64,000 nt of DNA from NCBI RefSeq assembly GCF_009914755.1, contig NC_060928.1. One strand, 5' to 3'. How positions within the stretch are numbered: the stretch's first letter is position 1; every line of letters starts with the position of its first letter. The translations under genes and the position numbers were made by a program. The notes beneath the pieces are model-generated. The model had not been told where the DNA came from. It saw only the letters and a list, made by a program, of their open reading frames with translations, and made no database searches. The stretch comes from the human T2T-CHM13v2.0 reference genome, Homo sapiens. Below, in pieces: positions 1 through 15,670 of this stretch.

Positions 1-3000
1 ATTTCTGGAAATGCCCTAGGCAAAAGGAGAGCCCACTGCCCTGCAGGGTGAGTCCCAGGCCTGGCAGCATCCATCACAAGCTGACTGAAGAGCACTTGGG
101 CTTTAAGTGACATCAGCAGTGGCCTGGCAGAATCCCCCATGGGTTGGTGGTGGTGGTGGCCACAGAGAGAGGTCCCTCTGCCTGTGAAAAGGGAAGGGAA
201 GAGCGGGAGGGACTTTGTATTGTGATTTGAGTGCCAGCTTAGCTGCCATAAAATGGAGTATCAGGTAATTTGCTAAGGTTTTTTACTTCAAACCCTGACT
301 CCCAGACAGCATCTCTGGACATGCCTAGGGCCTTGGGAAACTCATTACCCTGAAGGGAAGGGCCTTGAAGAAGACTCAGTGCTGTGCTGGCTTCAAGTCT
401 GATCCAGTGCAGTCCCAGTAGTGACGGCCACAGGAGTGCTTGCATCACCACACTCCCAGTTCCAGGTGGCTCAGAACAGAGAGTAAGACTCTGTGTGTTT
501 GGGAGAAAGTAAGGAAAATGAACAAGAGTCTTTGTATGGTAATCCGGAGAATTCTTCCAGATTATATTAAAGACAACCAAGGTGGTACTTCTGTGAGTCT
601 ACAAAAACTACAGTATTATTGGGACTAGGCACAAGTCCCTTTGAGTATCTGGAAAGCCTTTCCAAGAAGGAAAGACACAAACCTAGACTGTGAAGACGAC
701 AATAAATGCCTAACTCTTCAATGCCCAGACACCAACAAATATCTACAAGCATCAATAACATCCAGGAAAACAAGACACCACTAAATGAACTAGATAAGTC
801 ACCAGGGACCAAGCCTGGAGAAACAGATATATGGTCTTTCAGAGAGATAATTCAAAATAGCTCTTCTGAGGAAACTAAAATTCAAGATAACACAGAGAAG
901 GAATTCAGAATTCTGTTAGATAAATTTAACAAAGAGATTGAAATAATTAAAAAGAATCAAGCAGAAATTCTAGAGTTGAAAAGTGCAATTGACATATTGA
1001 AGAATGCATCAGAATATCTTAATAGTAGAATGGATCAAGCAGAAAAAAAGAATTAGTGAGCTTGAAGACAGGCTATTTGAAAATATGCAGAGAGAAAAAA
1101 GAATAAAAAGAATCAAAAGCAATGAGAAGATCTATAAGATCTAGAAAATAGTCTCAAAAAAGCAAATCTAAGAGTTACTGGCCTTAAAGAGGAGGTAGAG
1201 AAAGAAATAGGAATAGAAAGTTTATTCAAAGGAATAACATCAGAGAACTTCCCAAGCCTAGAGAAAGATAACAACATTCAGGTACAAGAAGGTTATGGAA
1301 CATCAAGCAGATTTAACCCAAAGAACACTATCTCAAGGCATTTAATAATTAAACTCCCAAGGGATAAAGAACAAATTTTAAAAACAGCAAGAGAAAAGAA
1401 ATAAATATACAATAGAACTCCAATACATCTAACAGCAAACTGCAGTGGAAAACTTACAGGCCAGGAGAAACTGGTATGACATATTTGAAGTGCTGAAAGA
1501 AAAATCTTTCATCCTAGAATAGTATATTTAGCAAAAATGTCCTTTAAGCATGAAGGAGAAATAAAGACCTTCCCAGACCAACAAAACCGAGGGATTTCAT
1601 CAACATCAGACCTGTCCTACAAGAAATGCTAAAGGGTGGTCTTCAATCTGAAATGAAGGGATATTAATGAGCAAGAAGAAGTCATCTGAAGGTACAAAAC
1701 TCACTGGTAATATTAAGGACACAGAAAAACACAGAATAGTATAACACTGTAGTTGTGGTGTGTAAACTTCTATCAACTTAAGTAGAAAGACTAAATGATG
1801 AACTAATAAAAAATAATAACTACATCAATTTTTCAAGACATGGACAGAACAGTAAGACATAAAGAGAAACAACAAAAAGTTAAAAAGTGGGGGGACAAAA
1901 TTAAAGTGTAGCCCTTCTTTAGTTTTCTTTTTGTGTGTTTGTTTGCTTGTTTATGCAATCAGTTTTAAGTTATCACCAGCTTAAAATAATGGGCTGTAAG
2001 ATAGTATTTGCAACCTTCATGGTAACTTCAAATTGGAAAACATACAATGATAAACAAAAAATGAAAAAGCAAGAAATTATATCTTACCACCAGAGAAAAT
2101 CATCTCCACTTTAAGAATGACAGGAAGGAAAAAAGGAAAAGAAGACTGCAAAACAATGAGACAATAAATAACAAACTGGCAGGAGTAAGTCCAATGTTAT
2201 CAACAGTAATAGTGAATGTAAATGGACTAAACTCTTCAATCTAAAGAAACAGAGTGGCTAAATGGATGAAAGAACAGGACCCAGTGATCTGTTGCCTACT
2301 AGAAACACACTCTACCTACAAAGATACACATAGACTGGAAAATAAAGGGAAGGAAAGAGATATTCCATGCAAATGGAGCCCAAGAAAGAGCAGGAGTAGT
2401 TATATTTATATTATAGAAAACAGATTTCAAGACAAAAACTGTAAGAAGAGCCAAGAAAGTAATTATATAATGATAAAGGGGTCCATTCAGCAAGAGCATA
2501 TAATAAATGTAAGTATATATGCATCCAACACTGGAGCAAGCTACATGTATAAAGCAATTATTATTAGAGATAAAAAAAAAAGAGATAGACCCCCAACAAA
2601 ATAACAGCTGGAGACTTCAACACCTCACTTTCCTCATTGGACAGATCTCCCAGAGAGAAAATCAACAATAAAAAAATTAGACTTAATGTGCACTATAGAA
2701 CAAATAGACCTGATAGATATTTACAGAATGTTTCATCCAATGGCTGCAGAATACACATTTTTCTTCTCAGCATGTGGATCATTCTTAAGGATAGACCATA
2801 TGCTAGGTCACAAAATAAGTCTTAAAATATTTAAAAAATTACAATAATATCAAGCATTTTCTCTGACCACAATGGAATAAAACCACAAATTAATAACAAG
2901 AGGAATTTTGGAAACTGTACAACCACATAGAAATTAAACAATATGCCCCTGAATGACCAGTGGGTCAATGAAGAAATTAAGAAGGAAATTGAAATTTTTT

Positions 3001-3249
3001 TTGAAACAAATGATAATAGAAACAGAACCTATAGGATACATCAAAAGCAGTACTAACAGGGAAATTTATAACTTTAAGTGCCTATATCAAAAAAGAAGAA
3101 AAACTTTAAATGAATAACCTAATGATACATCTTAAAGAACTAGAAAAGTGAGAGCAAACCAAACGCAAAAATTAGTAGAAGAAACGAGATAATAAAGATC
3201 AGAGCAGAAATAAATGAAATTGAAATGAAGAAAATCATACAAAATATCA

Positions 3250-3545
3250 GCCAGGCACAGTGGCTCATGCCTTGAATTTTATTGTAGCACTTTGGGAGGC
3301 CAAGGCAGGGGAATGGCTTGAGCTCAGGAGTTTAAGACCAGCCTAGGAAACATGGCAAAAACCCACCTCTACAAAAAGTACAAAAAATTAGTCAGGTGTG
3401 ATGGCATACATACACATCTGACCAGCTACTCAGGAGGTTGAGGTGGGAGGATCACCTGAGCCCAGGAGGTCAAGGCTGCAGTGAGCTGTGATCATGCTAC
3501 TGCACTCCAGCCCGGACAATATAGTGAGACTGTGTCTCAAAATGA
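3250..3545 (+). mobile_element. Alu SINE (AluJ-like) inside L1 ORF2
   Basis: Dimeric Alu with J-type right arm (ggaggatcacctgagcccaggaggtcaaggctgcagtgagc); degenerate TSD aaa(t/g)atca. Confidence 0.93.
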
Positions 3546-4783
3546 AAAGGATCAGTGAAACAAAAAGCTGGTTTTTTGAAAAGATAAACAAAATTGACAA
3601 GTCTTTAGCTTAGACCAAGAAAAAAAGAGAGATGACTCAAATAAAATCAGAGATGAAAAAGGGGACATTACAACTGACACTGCAAAAGTCAAAGGATCAT
3701 TAGTGGCTACTATGAGCAACTATATGCCAATAAATTGGAAAATCTAGAAGAAATGTACAAATTCCTAGACACAACAACCTACTAAGATTGAACCATGAAG
3801 AAATTCAAAACCTGAACTCACCAATAAAAAATAATGAGATCAAAGCTGCAATAAAAAATCTCCCAGTAAAGAAAACCCCAGGACCCAATGGCTTCACTGC
3901 TGAACTCTATTAAACATTTAAAGAAGTAATACCAATCCTACTCAAACTGTTCCAATAAATAGAGTAAGAGGGAATACTTCCAAACTCATTCTACAAGGCT
4001 AGTATTACCCTGATACCAAAACCAGACAAGGACACATCAAAGAAAGAAAACTATAGGCCAATATCTCTTATGAATATTGATGCAAAAATTCTCAACAAAA
4101 TATCCAGCAAACAAAATTCAACAATACATTAAAAAGATCATTCATCATAACCAAGTGAGATTCATCCCAAGGATAAAAGGATGGTTCAACATATGCAAAT
4201 CAATCAATGTGATACATCATATCACATTGTAGGACAAAAATCATATAATCATTTCACTTGATGCTGCAAAAGCATTGGATAAAGTTCCCCACCCCTTCAT
4301 GATAAAAAAAAAAAAAACCTCAAAGACCTGGGTATAGAAGGAACATACCTTAACATAATAAAAGCCACGTATGATAGACCCACAGTTGGGATCATATTAA
4401 ATGGGGAATAACTGAAAGCTTTTCCTCTTAGATCTGGAACATGAGAAGGATGCCCACTTTTACCAGTGTTATTCAACATAATACTGGAAGTCTTAATTAG
4501 AGCAATCAGATAAGAGAAAGAAATAGAGCATCCAAGCTGAAAGGAATAAATCAAATTATCCTTCTTTCCAGAAGATATGATCTTATATCCAGAAAAAACT
4601 AAAGACTCCACCAAAAAACTATTAGGACGGATAAACAAAATTCAGTTAAATTTGCAGAATACAGAATAAACATACAAAATCAGTATCATTTCTACATGCC
4701 AATAGTGAACAATCTGAAAAAATACATCAAAAAAGTAATCCCATTTATAATAACCACAAACAAAATTAAATACCTAGGAATTA

Positions 4784-5138
<355 letters not shown>

Positions 5139-6995
5139 CTAAAACACTAATGAAAGAAATTGAAGAAGACACCCAAAAAATGGAAAGATATTCCATGTTT
5201 ATGGATTGGAAGAATCAATAATGTTAAAATGTCCATACTACCCAAAGCAATCTGCAGATTTAATGCAATCCCTATCAAAATACCAAAGACATTCTTCACA
5301 AAAATAGAAAAAAAATCCTAAAATTTATATGGAATCATAAAATACCCAGAATAGCCAAAGCTATCCTGAGCAAAAAGAACAAAACTGGAAGAATCACATT
5401 ACCTGACTTCAAATTACACCACAGAGCTATAGTAACAAAAATAGTATGGTACTAGCATAAAAACAGACACATAGACCAGTGGAACAGAAGAGAGAACCCA
5501 GAAACAAATTTACACACCTACAGTAAAACTCATTTTCAACAAAGTTGCCAAGAACAGACACTAGGAAAAAAGACAATTTGTTCAATAAATGGTACTGGAA
5601 AAACTGTATATCCACATGCAGATGAATGAAACCTGGTCACTATCTCCTTATACAAAAAAATCAAATCAAAATGGACTAAAGACTTGCATGTAAGACCTCA
5701 AACTATGAAACGACTCCACAAAAACATTGAAGAAACTAAACTGTACAAGACATTGGTCTGAGCAAACATTTCTTAAGCAATATCCCACAAGCACATGCAA
5801 CCAAAGCAAAAATAGATAAATGGTATCACATCAAGTTAAAAAGCTTCTGCACAAAGGAAACAATCAACAAAGTGAAGAGACAACCCACAGAATGGGAGAA
5901 AATATTTGCAAACTACCTGTCTGACAAGGGATTAATAAGTATAATATATAAGGAGCTCAAATTATCCCATTAAAAATGGGACAAAGACCTGAATAGACAT
6001 TTCTCAAAATAAGATATACAAATAGAAAACAAGTATATGAAAATTAACAAAGAGGTGAAAGAGCTCTGCAATGAAAACTGTAAAATACTAATGAAAAAAA
6101 TTGAAGAACACACACAAAATTTGTATTTCTCTGATAATCATTGATTGTCAGAGAAATACAAGTCAAAACTACCTCTTCAGGTAGTAACAAATGCTGGTGA
6201 GGATGTAGAGAAAAGAGAACCCTTATACAGTGTTGGTGGAAATGTAAATTAGTACAACCACTATGATGAACAGTTTGAAGGTTCCTCAAAAAACTAAAAA
6301 TAGAGCTACCATGTGATCCAGCAATCCTATTGCTAGGTATATACTCAAAAGAAATAAAGTCAGCATATCAAAGAGATGTCTGCACTCCCATGTTTGTTGC
6401 AGCACTTCACATTAGCCAAGATTTGGAATCAACCTAAGTGCCCATCAACAGATGAATGAATTTTGAAAAATGTGGAACTTACACATAACAGAGTACTACT
6501 CAGCCATAAAAAAGAATGAGATTCTGTCATTTGCAACAACATGGATGGAACTGGAGGTCATTAGCTCAAATGAAATAGGCCAGGCACAAAAAGACAAACA
6601 TCACATATTCTCACTTATTTGTGGGATCTAAAAATCAAAACAATTGAACTCATGGAGACATAGAAGGATGGTTACCAGAGGCTGAGAAGGGCAGTGGGAG
6701 TGTGGGGAGATGTTGGGAAAGGTTAATGGGTACAAAAAATATATAATGAATGACTAAAACCTAGTATTTGATAGCATAACAGGATGATTGTACTCAATAA
6801 TAATGTAATTACATATTTTTAATAACTAAAAGAATATAATTGGGTTGTTTGTAACACAAAAGATAAATGCTTGAGGGGAAGGATGTCTAATTTTACGTGA
6901 TGTGATTATTACGCATTGCATGCATGTATCAAAGCATGTCATGTACCCTATAAATACATATACCTACTATAGATTCATGAAAATTAAAAATGAAA

Positions 6996-8340
6996 ATTTA
7001 TTATTATGACATACTATTAATTTGGCCTTGCTAATATTTTATTTTCATTTCTGTGTTTAAAAGTGAACTGTGCCTATAATTTTCTTTTCTTGTACTCTTT
7101 CTATTTGTTTTGGAACCAAGACTATACAACCCTCAAAAAATTTTAAGAGCTTTTTTTTGCATTTGAAATTTTGTAGAATTCATCCGTAACACCATCTTGG
7201 CCTGAGGCTTTAGAAAAAGGGAGAACTTTGATTTTTCATTACGATTTCTTTTTTTTTTTTTTTTTGGAGATAGAGCCTGGTTCTGTCACCCAGGCTGGAA
7301 TGCAGTGGCATGATCTCTGATCTCTGTTCACTGGAAGCTCTGCCTCCTGGGCAGCACATGCCTCCACACCCGGCTATTTTTTATTTTTTATTTTTTTTGT
7401 ACTTTAGTAGAGACAGGGTTTCACCATGTTGGCCAGGCTGGCCTCAAATTCCTGAGCTCAGCAATCCGCCCGCCTAGGCCTCCCAAAGTGCTAGGATTAC
7501 AGGCATGAGCCACCATGCCCAGCCTACAATTTCTTTAGTTCTTATCAGTTAATTCAAGTTTACATTTCCTTTTGTGCTAATTTTAACATTTTATATTTTT
7601 CTAAAAATTGTGCATTTCATCTGTTTTCAAATAACGATGCTTATTTTGAAAACTTCAAATTAGTACATAGTTTTTCGAAATATTAATTCTGTAAATATTT
7701 CTTGTGTTGAAAGTAATTTCCCTTTTTCTTTTCTGTAATTGGTTATTTGTATTTTTTCTCTTCTTTGTGATTAATCTTTCCAGAGATCTATCATTGATAT
7801 TTTCAAAGAACTGACATCAATTTGATTCATTTAAATGTTTCATTGTTCTTTATTATATTGATTTCTTCCTTGAGCCTTATTATATATATCCTTTGTTCTT
7901 TGTCTTTTCAAACTTCTTAAGTTTAATAATTTGCTTTCAGCCTCTTAACTTTCTAATTCCTTAAGTTTATGCTTAATTTATTTGCTTTTGATTTCTCTTG
8001 TTTCCTGTTAAATGTATTTAAAGCTATAACATTTTTTCTAAGTATTACTTTAGTTGTTTTCACAAATTTTGGCATCGACTATTTTCAAGGCTAATTCATG
8101 TCTAAGTATTTCGTGTTTACCTTAAGATTTTTGAAAGTGGTGCTAATTTTAGCCCAAATGTCTAGGCATATGGAAATTTTAACATATGAGATTACTAGTT
8201 TATAGACATGTGAGATTTTTATAGAGTTTCTTTAGGTATTGGTTTCTAATTTGATTGACGAGAGTCAGATAATAATGTGTATGATATTGATCTTTTGGAA
8301 TTTATTGAAGTTTTCTTTGCATGATTAATGTTTGTAAAGT
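6996..8340 (-). mobile_element. Older antisense L1 (L1M-type) ORF2 fragment; host element resuming at 15560-15660 and 17160-17900
   Basis: T-rich L1 ORF2 reverse-complement signature; reads collinearly across the 8345 L1 and the LTR12C insertion (..tttgtaaag|gttccatgtgtgcttaaaaatag..). Confidence 0.7.
7249..7524 (-). mobile_element. Alu SINE with internal deletion
   Basis: poly-T then Alu reverse complement; part of right arm missing near 7350; TSD tac(g/a)atttctt. Confidence 0.92.
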
Positions 8341-10046
8341 GTGGAGGGGCTTCAAGATGGCTGACTAGAAGCATTTCATGTGCTCTTCCTCCCCTTAGAA
8401 GAACCAATACAGTGTGTAGACAATCACGTTTCAAATACATTATCCAAGAAAGAACACCAGAATTCAAAAGAAAAGTGACAGGAAACACTGAAAACAAAGA
8501 CTTAGAAGAAAGAGAGGCAGCCTGCTTGACTGGGATCAGCTGGGAGCCAGGAGTGACTTCCCAACATGGGGAAAGGGCTAAGTGAGAGACTTTCAGCAGC
8601 TCACATCCCCACCATGGAATTATGCAAATCTGACCACGCTGGATCCTCCCAACCCCTGGGAATAACAAAGGGAGCTGCTGGGAGACTGTGACACAGAACT
8701 GCTTCAGGGAGGGAGCTCATGCTGTGTCCCATACACTTTCTGAGACCTATGCAGGTATTGCAAGGTGTCATTTTTAAGTGCAGCCTTTCACAAACTGCGG
8801 GCTTTCCTAGGGCCCAGCAGCACTGGGACTGAGGTGTTAGGGAAACTTGGGCTGTTGTTGTTGGGACTGCAACACAAGCTAGGAATGGGCTCCCACACCT
8901 GGGGCTGACAAGGAAGCAGTATATGGGCTGCAGCTGCCAGTGCTGGGAAGTGAGCGCCATCAGGACTGACACTGGGATGTGAGCTGGGCCCACGTTGCTT
9001 CTGGGATTCATTGCAAGTTGGGTGGGAGCTCCTGCAGCCAGGCTGAGGTGTGAGCTAGGTGCAGGCTACCACCACGACTGGTGGCCATGCCTCATCAGAA
9101 TTGGGCATGAGAGGGATGCATATTACCCACTGGTTTAGGCTGTGGCCACTGAGGCTGGCTTCACAATGGCAGGGACTCAATGCAGCTGCTACCATCCCTC
9201 ACCCAAGCGGTCCACCTGGGATCTGAGGATGCCTCTGCTCACCATGGCTGGCACCCGCTCTCCTCATTTGGAGGCCTGAGCATAAGCCTGCCCAACCCGG
9301 CTTTATCCCCAATGCTAAAGCACATAGCTTGGGGTCCTGGGGATTTCTCAACCCAATCCACCATATGGATTGCCTTAACACTCCTCCCAGGGGCCTGAGG
9401 TTTGGCCTAAATACCCAATCACTACAACCTCAGCTGACACCTACCTGTCAGCACCACACGCAGGTCTAGAGACTGGCCATTCCAGCACACTGCAGACACC
9501 GCCAAAACATATACACACTGCTTGGGACCCAGGGAATCATCCTATCACAGTTATTGCCATTGCCTTTGCCACACTGGCTACCTCAAGGCCTAAGAACCAA
9601 CTCATCCACCCACTCCACTGCTGCTACTACTAGCATCCCAGAAAGCCACCTTTAGGCCCAAGAATTGGCCTGTAGATAACAAACAAACCAACACAGATGC
9701 CAGCATGCACCACCCTAGGGTACAAGGATACACGTACTCACCCCATCACTGCTACGACTAGGGCCTGAAGACTGGCCCACCTGACATTCCAGTCCCAAAC
9801 ACAACTTTGCCACAGCCTCCACTAATAACTGCACCCTAACATAATAAGGAAATCACAGATACCAATAATGTTGTTTACAACCAAAGAAATCATATGGAGA
9901 CTACACTACTACACACCACAGAATCAAAGCTAAGGTGCCCTACTCAACCAACAACATCTTCTGGAAAAAGATTTTTCCCTATGAAAGTAAATTTAAAAAT
10001 AGAAGTAACTGTTACAGTCACCAGATGCACAGAACAAGATAAGGAC

Positions 10047-10105
10047 ACATTGAAAACCAGGGAACATTGAAAACCAGGGAAATATTGAAAACCAGGGAAA
10101 TATTA
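10047..10105 (+). repeat. Triplicated 18-20 bp unit (attgaaaaccagggaa) near the L1 ORF1 start
   Basis: Three head-to-tail copies visible in the sequence. Confidence 0.9.
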
Positions 10106-10113
10106 CACCTCTA

Positions 10114-10515
<402 letters not shown>

Positions 10516-13500
10516 TTAAAAATTCAAACTATTGATTTTAAAGAAGCTAGATGAGATAGATACAAGATAATTCTGAAAAATAATGCAGGAAAATTAGAAA
10601 AACAATTCAGGATATGGATGAGAAATTTACCAAAGAGGTAGATATTTAAAAAAAAAATTCTGGAACCAAAGAATTCATTGAAGGAAATAAAAAATATATT
10701 TGAAAGCGGCAATAACAAAATAGGTAGGAAGAAAGAATCTCAGAACTTGAAGACAGGTCTTTTGAAATAATCCAGACAAAAAAAAAAATGATTTTTAAAA
10801 AATGAACAAAGTTTTCATAACATTTGAGGCAGCATAAAGCAATTATATTTAAGAATTATTGGATTCCTCAATAGGGAAGAGAGAAAAAAAGGATTAGAAA
10901 AACTGTTTCATGAAATAATAGATGACTCCCAAGTCTAGCAAGATATTTAGACATCCAGATACAGAAGCTTGACAATCCCCAAGCAGATAGGATGCAATAA
11001 GATCTTCTCCATAGTACATCATAGTCAGACTGTCTAAAGTCATAGATAAAGACTGAATCCTAAAAACAGCAAGAGAAAGGTATCTAGTCAACTATAAAGG
11101 AAACCTCATCAGAGTAACAGTAAATTTTTCAGCAGAAACATCACAAGTCAGAAGAGAATGGGAAAATATATTCAGTGTTGAAAGACAAATACTGTCAGCC
11201 AAGAATACTATAGTCAGCAAAATTATTCATCATAAATGGAGAAAGAAAGTCTTTCCCAAATATGCAAATGCTGGGAAAATTTATAACCACTGAGCCAGAC
11301 TTATGAGAAATGTTTATGAGAGTCTTAAACCTGGAAGTGAAAAGATGACTTTCACCATCATGAAATCACATGAAACTATAAAACTCACTGGTAAAGCAAT
11401 CACAAGAAGAAAGAAGACTGAAATGATACCACCACTACAGAAATCTACCAAACCACAACAACAAACAATAAAGGAAAAATTAAGTAGCAAAAAATATATA
11501 AAACAACCAGAAAATAATTAACAATATGATAGGAACAAAACCTCACATATGAATAACAACCTTGAATATAAATGGATTAAATACTCCACTTAAAATTATA
11601 GAATGGCTATATGTATTTTTTTAAGTGATCCAATTATTTGTTGCTTACAAGAAATCCACCTTGCTAGTAAAGACACATATACAAAAGTAAAGGAATGGAA
11701 AAAGATATTCTATGCAAATGAAAACCAAAAGCAAGCAGGAGTAGCTTAACATAAATCAGATAAAATAGACTTTAAGTCAAAAATAGTTTTAAAAAAAGAC
11801 AAAGGAGGTCATTATGTAATGATAAAGGGATCAATCCAGCTAGTAGATATAAAAATGCACTCAACACTGGAGCATCCAGATTCATAAGGCAGACATTACT
11901 AGATCTAAAGAGAGAGATAGACTGCAATACAATAATAGTGGGGGACTTCAACACCTCATTCTCAGAATTAGACAGATCATCTAAACAGAAAATCAAAAAA
12001 CAAATATTGGATCTAAGCTAGTCTTTAGAACAAATGAATGTGATAGACATTTACAGAACATCCTATTCAACAACTGCAGAATATACATTTTTTTTAATTA
12101 GCACATAAAACACTCTTCGGGATAGATCATATGTTAGGCCACAAAACAATTCTCAACAATTTTTTTAAAAAATCAAAATTATAACAAATATCTTTCAGAC
12201 CACATGGAATAGAACTAGAAATCAATGGAAAGAGAAACTATGGAAACTATGTAAATACATAAAAATTACACAGTGTACTCATGAACAACCATTGTGTCAA
12301 CAAAGAAATTAAGATGAGTATCAAAACACTTTTTGAAACAAATGAAAAGGGAAACATAACATACCAAAACCTGTAGGATACAGTAAAAGCAGTGCTAAGA
12401 GGGAAATTTATACCAATAAATGTTTATATCAAGAAAGTAGATAGATTACAAATTAACAATTTAACAATGTTTAAAGAAACAAGCCAAACCCAGAATTAGC
12501 AGAATAAAAGAAATAATAAAGATCAGAGCGTAATTAAATGAAATAAAGACTAAAAAATAATACAAAGCATCAATAAAACTAAAAGCTGTTTCTTTGAAAA
12601 GGTAAACAAAATAAACTGGTAGCTAGACTAACCAAGAAGACAGAAGATCCAAATAAACAAAATCAGAAATGAAAAGAAGACATTACAATTGATACCACAG
12701 AAATATAAAAGATTGTCAGAGACTATTGTGAACAACTATACACTAAAAACCTAAAGAAAATGAACAAATTCCTGGAAACATACAAGCTACCAAGACTGAA
12801 TCAAGAAGAAATTAAAAACCTGAAAGAACCAATAATGAGTAGTGAGATTGAATCAGTAATAAGAAGTATTCCAATATAGAAAAACCTAGGACTGGATGAA
12901 TTCTCAGCTGAATTCTACCAAATGTAGAAAGAACTAATCCCAATCCTCCTGAAATTATTCCAAAAAAAATTCAAAGGAAATTCTTCCTAACTAATTCTAC
13001 AAAGCCAGCATCATCCTCATATGAAAACCAGACAAGGACACAACAAAAAAAGAAAACTACAAGCCAATATTCCTGATGAACATAGATGCAAAAATCCTGA
13101 ACAAAATACTAGCAAACTGAATCCAATAGCACATCAAAAAGATAATACATCATGATCAAGAAGGATTTATACCAGGAATGCAAGAATGGTTCAACATATA
13201 CGACTCAATAAATGTGATACATCACATCTACAGAATGAAAAACAAAAAACATATGATCATTTCAGTAGACGAAGAAAAAGCATTTGATAGAATTCAACAT
13301 CACTTCATGGTAAAAGCTCTCAACAAACTAGGCATAGAAGGAACGTCTGTCAACATAATAAAGACCATATAGGATAAACTCATGGCTAACATTATACTGA
13401 ATGAGGAAAAGTTGAAAGCCCTTCCTCTAAGAACAAAACAAGGATGTCCACTTCCAGCACTCCAATTCAACATAGTTCTAGAAGTCCAAGCCTTAGCAAT

Positions 13501-15670
13501 CAGGCAAGTGAAAGAAATAAAAGGCATCCAAAGTAAAAAAGTCGAAGTTTAATTGTTCTTCTTTGCTGATAATGTGATCTTATATCTAGAAAAACCTAAA
13601 GACTTTACCAAAAAAACTCTTAGATTTGATAAATGAGTTCACCAAAGTGGCAGGATACAAAATCAATGTACAAGAATTAGTAATGTTTTGATACATCAAT
13701 AATGATTAAGCTGAGAAAGAAATCAAGAAGGCAGTGCTGTTTACAATAGCTACAAAAAATTAAAACACCTAGGAATATATTTAACCAAGGAAGTGAAAGA
13801 TCTCTACAAGAAAAACTACAAAAACACTGATGAAAGAAATTAAAGATGACACAAACAAATGAAAAAATATTCATGCTTGTGAATCAGAAGAATTAATATC
13901 CTTAAAATGACCATATTGCCCAAAGCAATCTACAGATTCAATGCAATCCCTACCAAAATGCTAGTATCACCCCTCACAGAATTAGAAAAAGACAATTCTA
14001 AAATGCATATGAAACCAAAACATAGCCCTAATATCCATAGCAATACTAATCAAAAAAGATCAAAGCTTGAGGCATCACATTATCTGACTTCAAAATATAT
14101 TAGAAGGCTATAGTAACCAAAACAGTATGATATTGGTATAAAAATAGACACATGGATCAACGGAACAGAATACAGAACCCAGAAATAAAGCTACGTATTT
14201 ATAGCCAGTTGATCTTGGACAAAAGCAACAAAGGCTTACATTGGGGAAAGGACACCCTCTTCAATAAATGGTGCTGGGAAAATGAGATAGCCACATGCAG
14301 AAGAATGAGACTGTATCCCTATTTCTGACATATACAGAAATCAACTCAAAATAGATTAAAGACTTAAACATCAGGCCTGAAACTATAAACATACAAAAAG
14401 AAAACCTAGGCAAAACTCTTCTGAACATTAGTTGAGGCAAAAAATTTATGACTAAGACCTTAAAAGCCCAGGCAACAAAAACAGACAAATGGGATGTAAT
14501 TAAGCTAAAATGCTTCTGCACAGCAAAAGAAATAATCAACAGATAGAAGAAACAACCTGTTGAGTGGGAAAAAAATCATTTCAAATATTTTCCAATATTA
14601 GGGGACTAGTATCCAGAATGTACAAGGAACTCAACAAAAAAATAATAATCCCATTAAAAAAAGGGAAAAGGACATGAATAGACAATTCTCAAAGGAAGAC
14701 TTTCAAATGGCCAACATTTGAAAAAATGCTCAACATCACTAATCATCAGAGAAATGCAAACCAAAACCACAATGAGATATTCATCTTACCCCAATCAGAA
14801 TGACTACTATTTAAAAGGCAAAAAATAACAGACGTTGGTGAGGATGCAGAGGAAAGAGAACACTCATACACTGCTGGTGGGAATACAGCCACTCTGGAAA
14901 ACAATATGGAGATTTCTCAAGAAACTAAACATAGAATTACCATTCAATCCAGCAATCCCACAACTAAGTATCTACCCAAAGGAAAATAAATCAGTATATG
15001 AAAGGGATAACTGCACTGTCTTGTTTATTTACAACACATTCAAAATAACAAAGGTATGAAATTAACCTAAGTGTTCATCAACAGATGGTTGGATTAAAAA
15101 GTGAGGTGCATATGTACACAATGGAATACTATTAAGCCATAAAAAGAATGAAATCATGTCATTTGAAGTAATATGGATGGAACTAGAGGTCATTATATTA
15201 AGTGAAATAATTCAGGCACAAAGAAACAAACATCACATGTTCTCACTTATATGTGGGAACTAAAAAATTGTATCACATGGCAGTAAAGAGTAAAAAGATA
15301 GAAGACAGAGACTGGGAAAGGTGAGTGGGATGTAGTGGGGAGAATGAAGAGAAATGAGTTAAAAGGTATAAACACACAGTTACATAAAAAAAATAAATTC
15401 AATGTTTGGTAGCAGAGTAGAGTGATTATAGTTAACAAAAATGCATTGTATTTGGGTGACAGATACCCTGAATATCCTGACTTGATCACTACACATTATA
15501 TACATGTAACAACTTTTACATGTACCCCATACATTTTTATAAATTAAAAAATGATAATTAAAAATTTTGTAAAGGTTCCATGTGTGCTTAAAAATAGCTG
15601 TATTTTCCTTTTGTTGAGTATTAACTAAATGGAGAAAAAGAATGTGTGTCTATGCGTATGCATATGCAAT

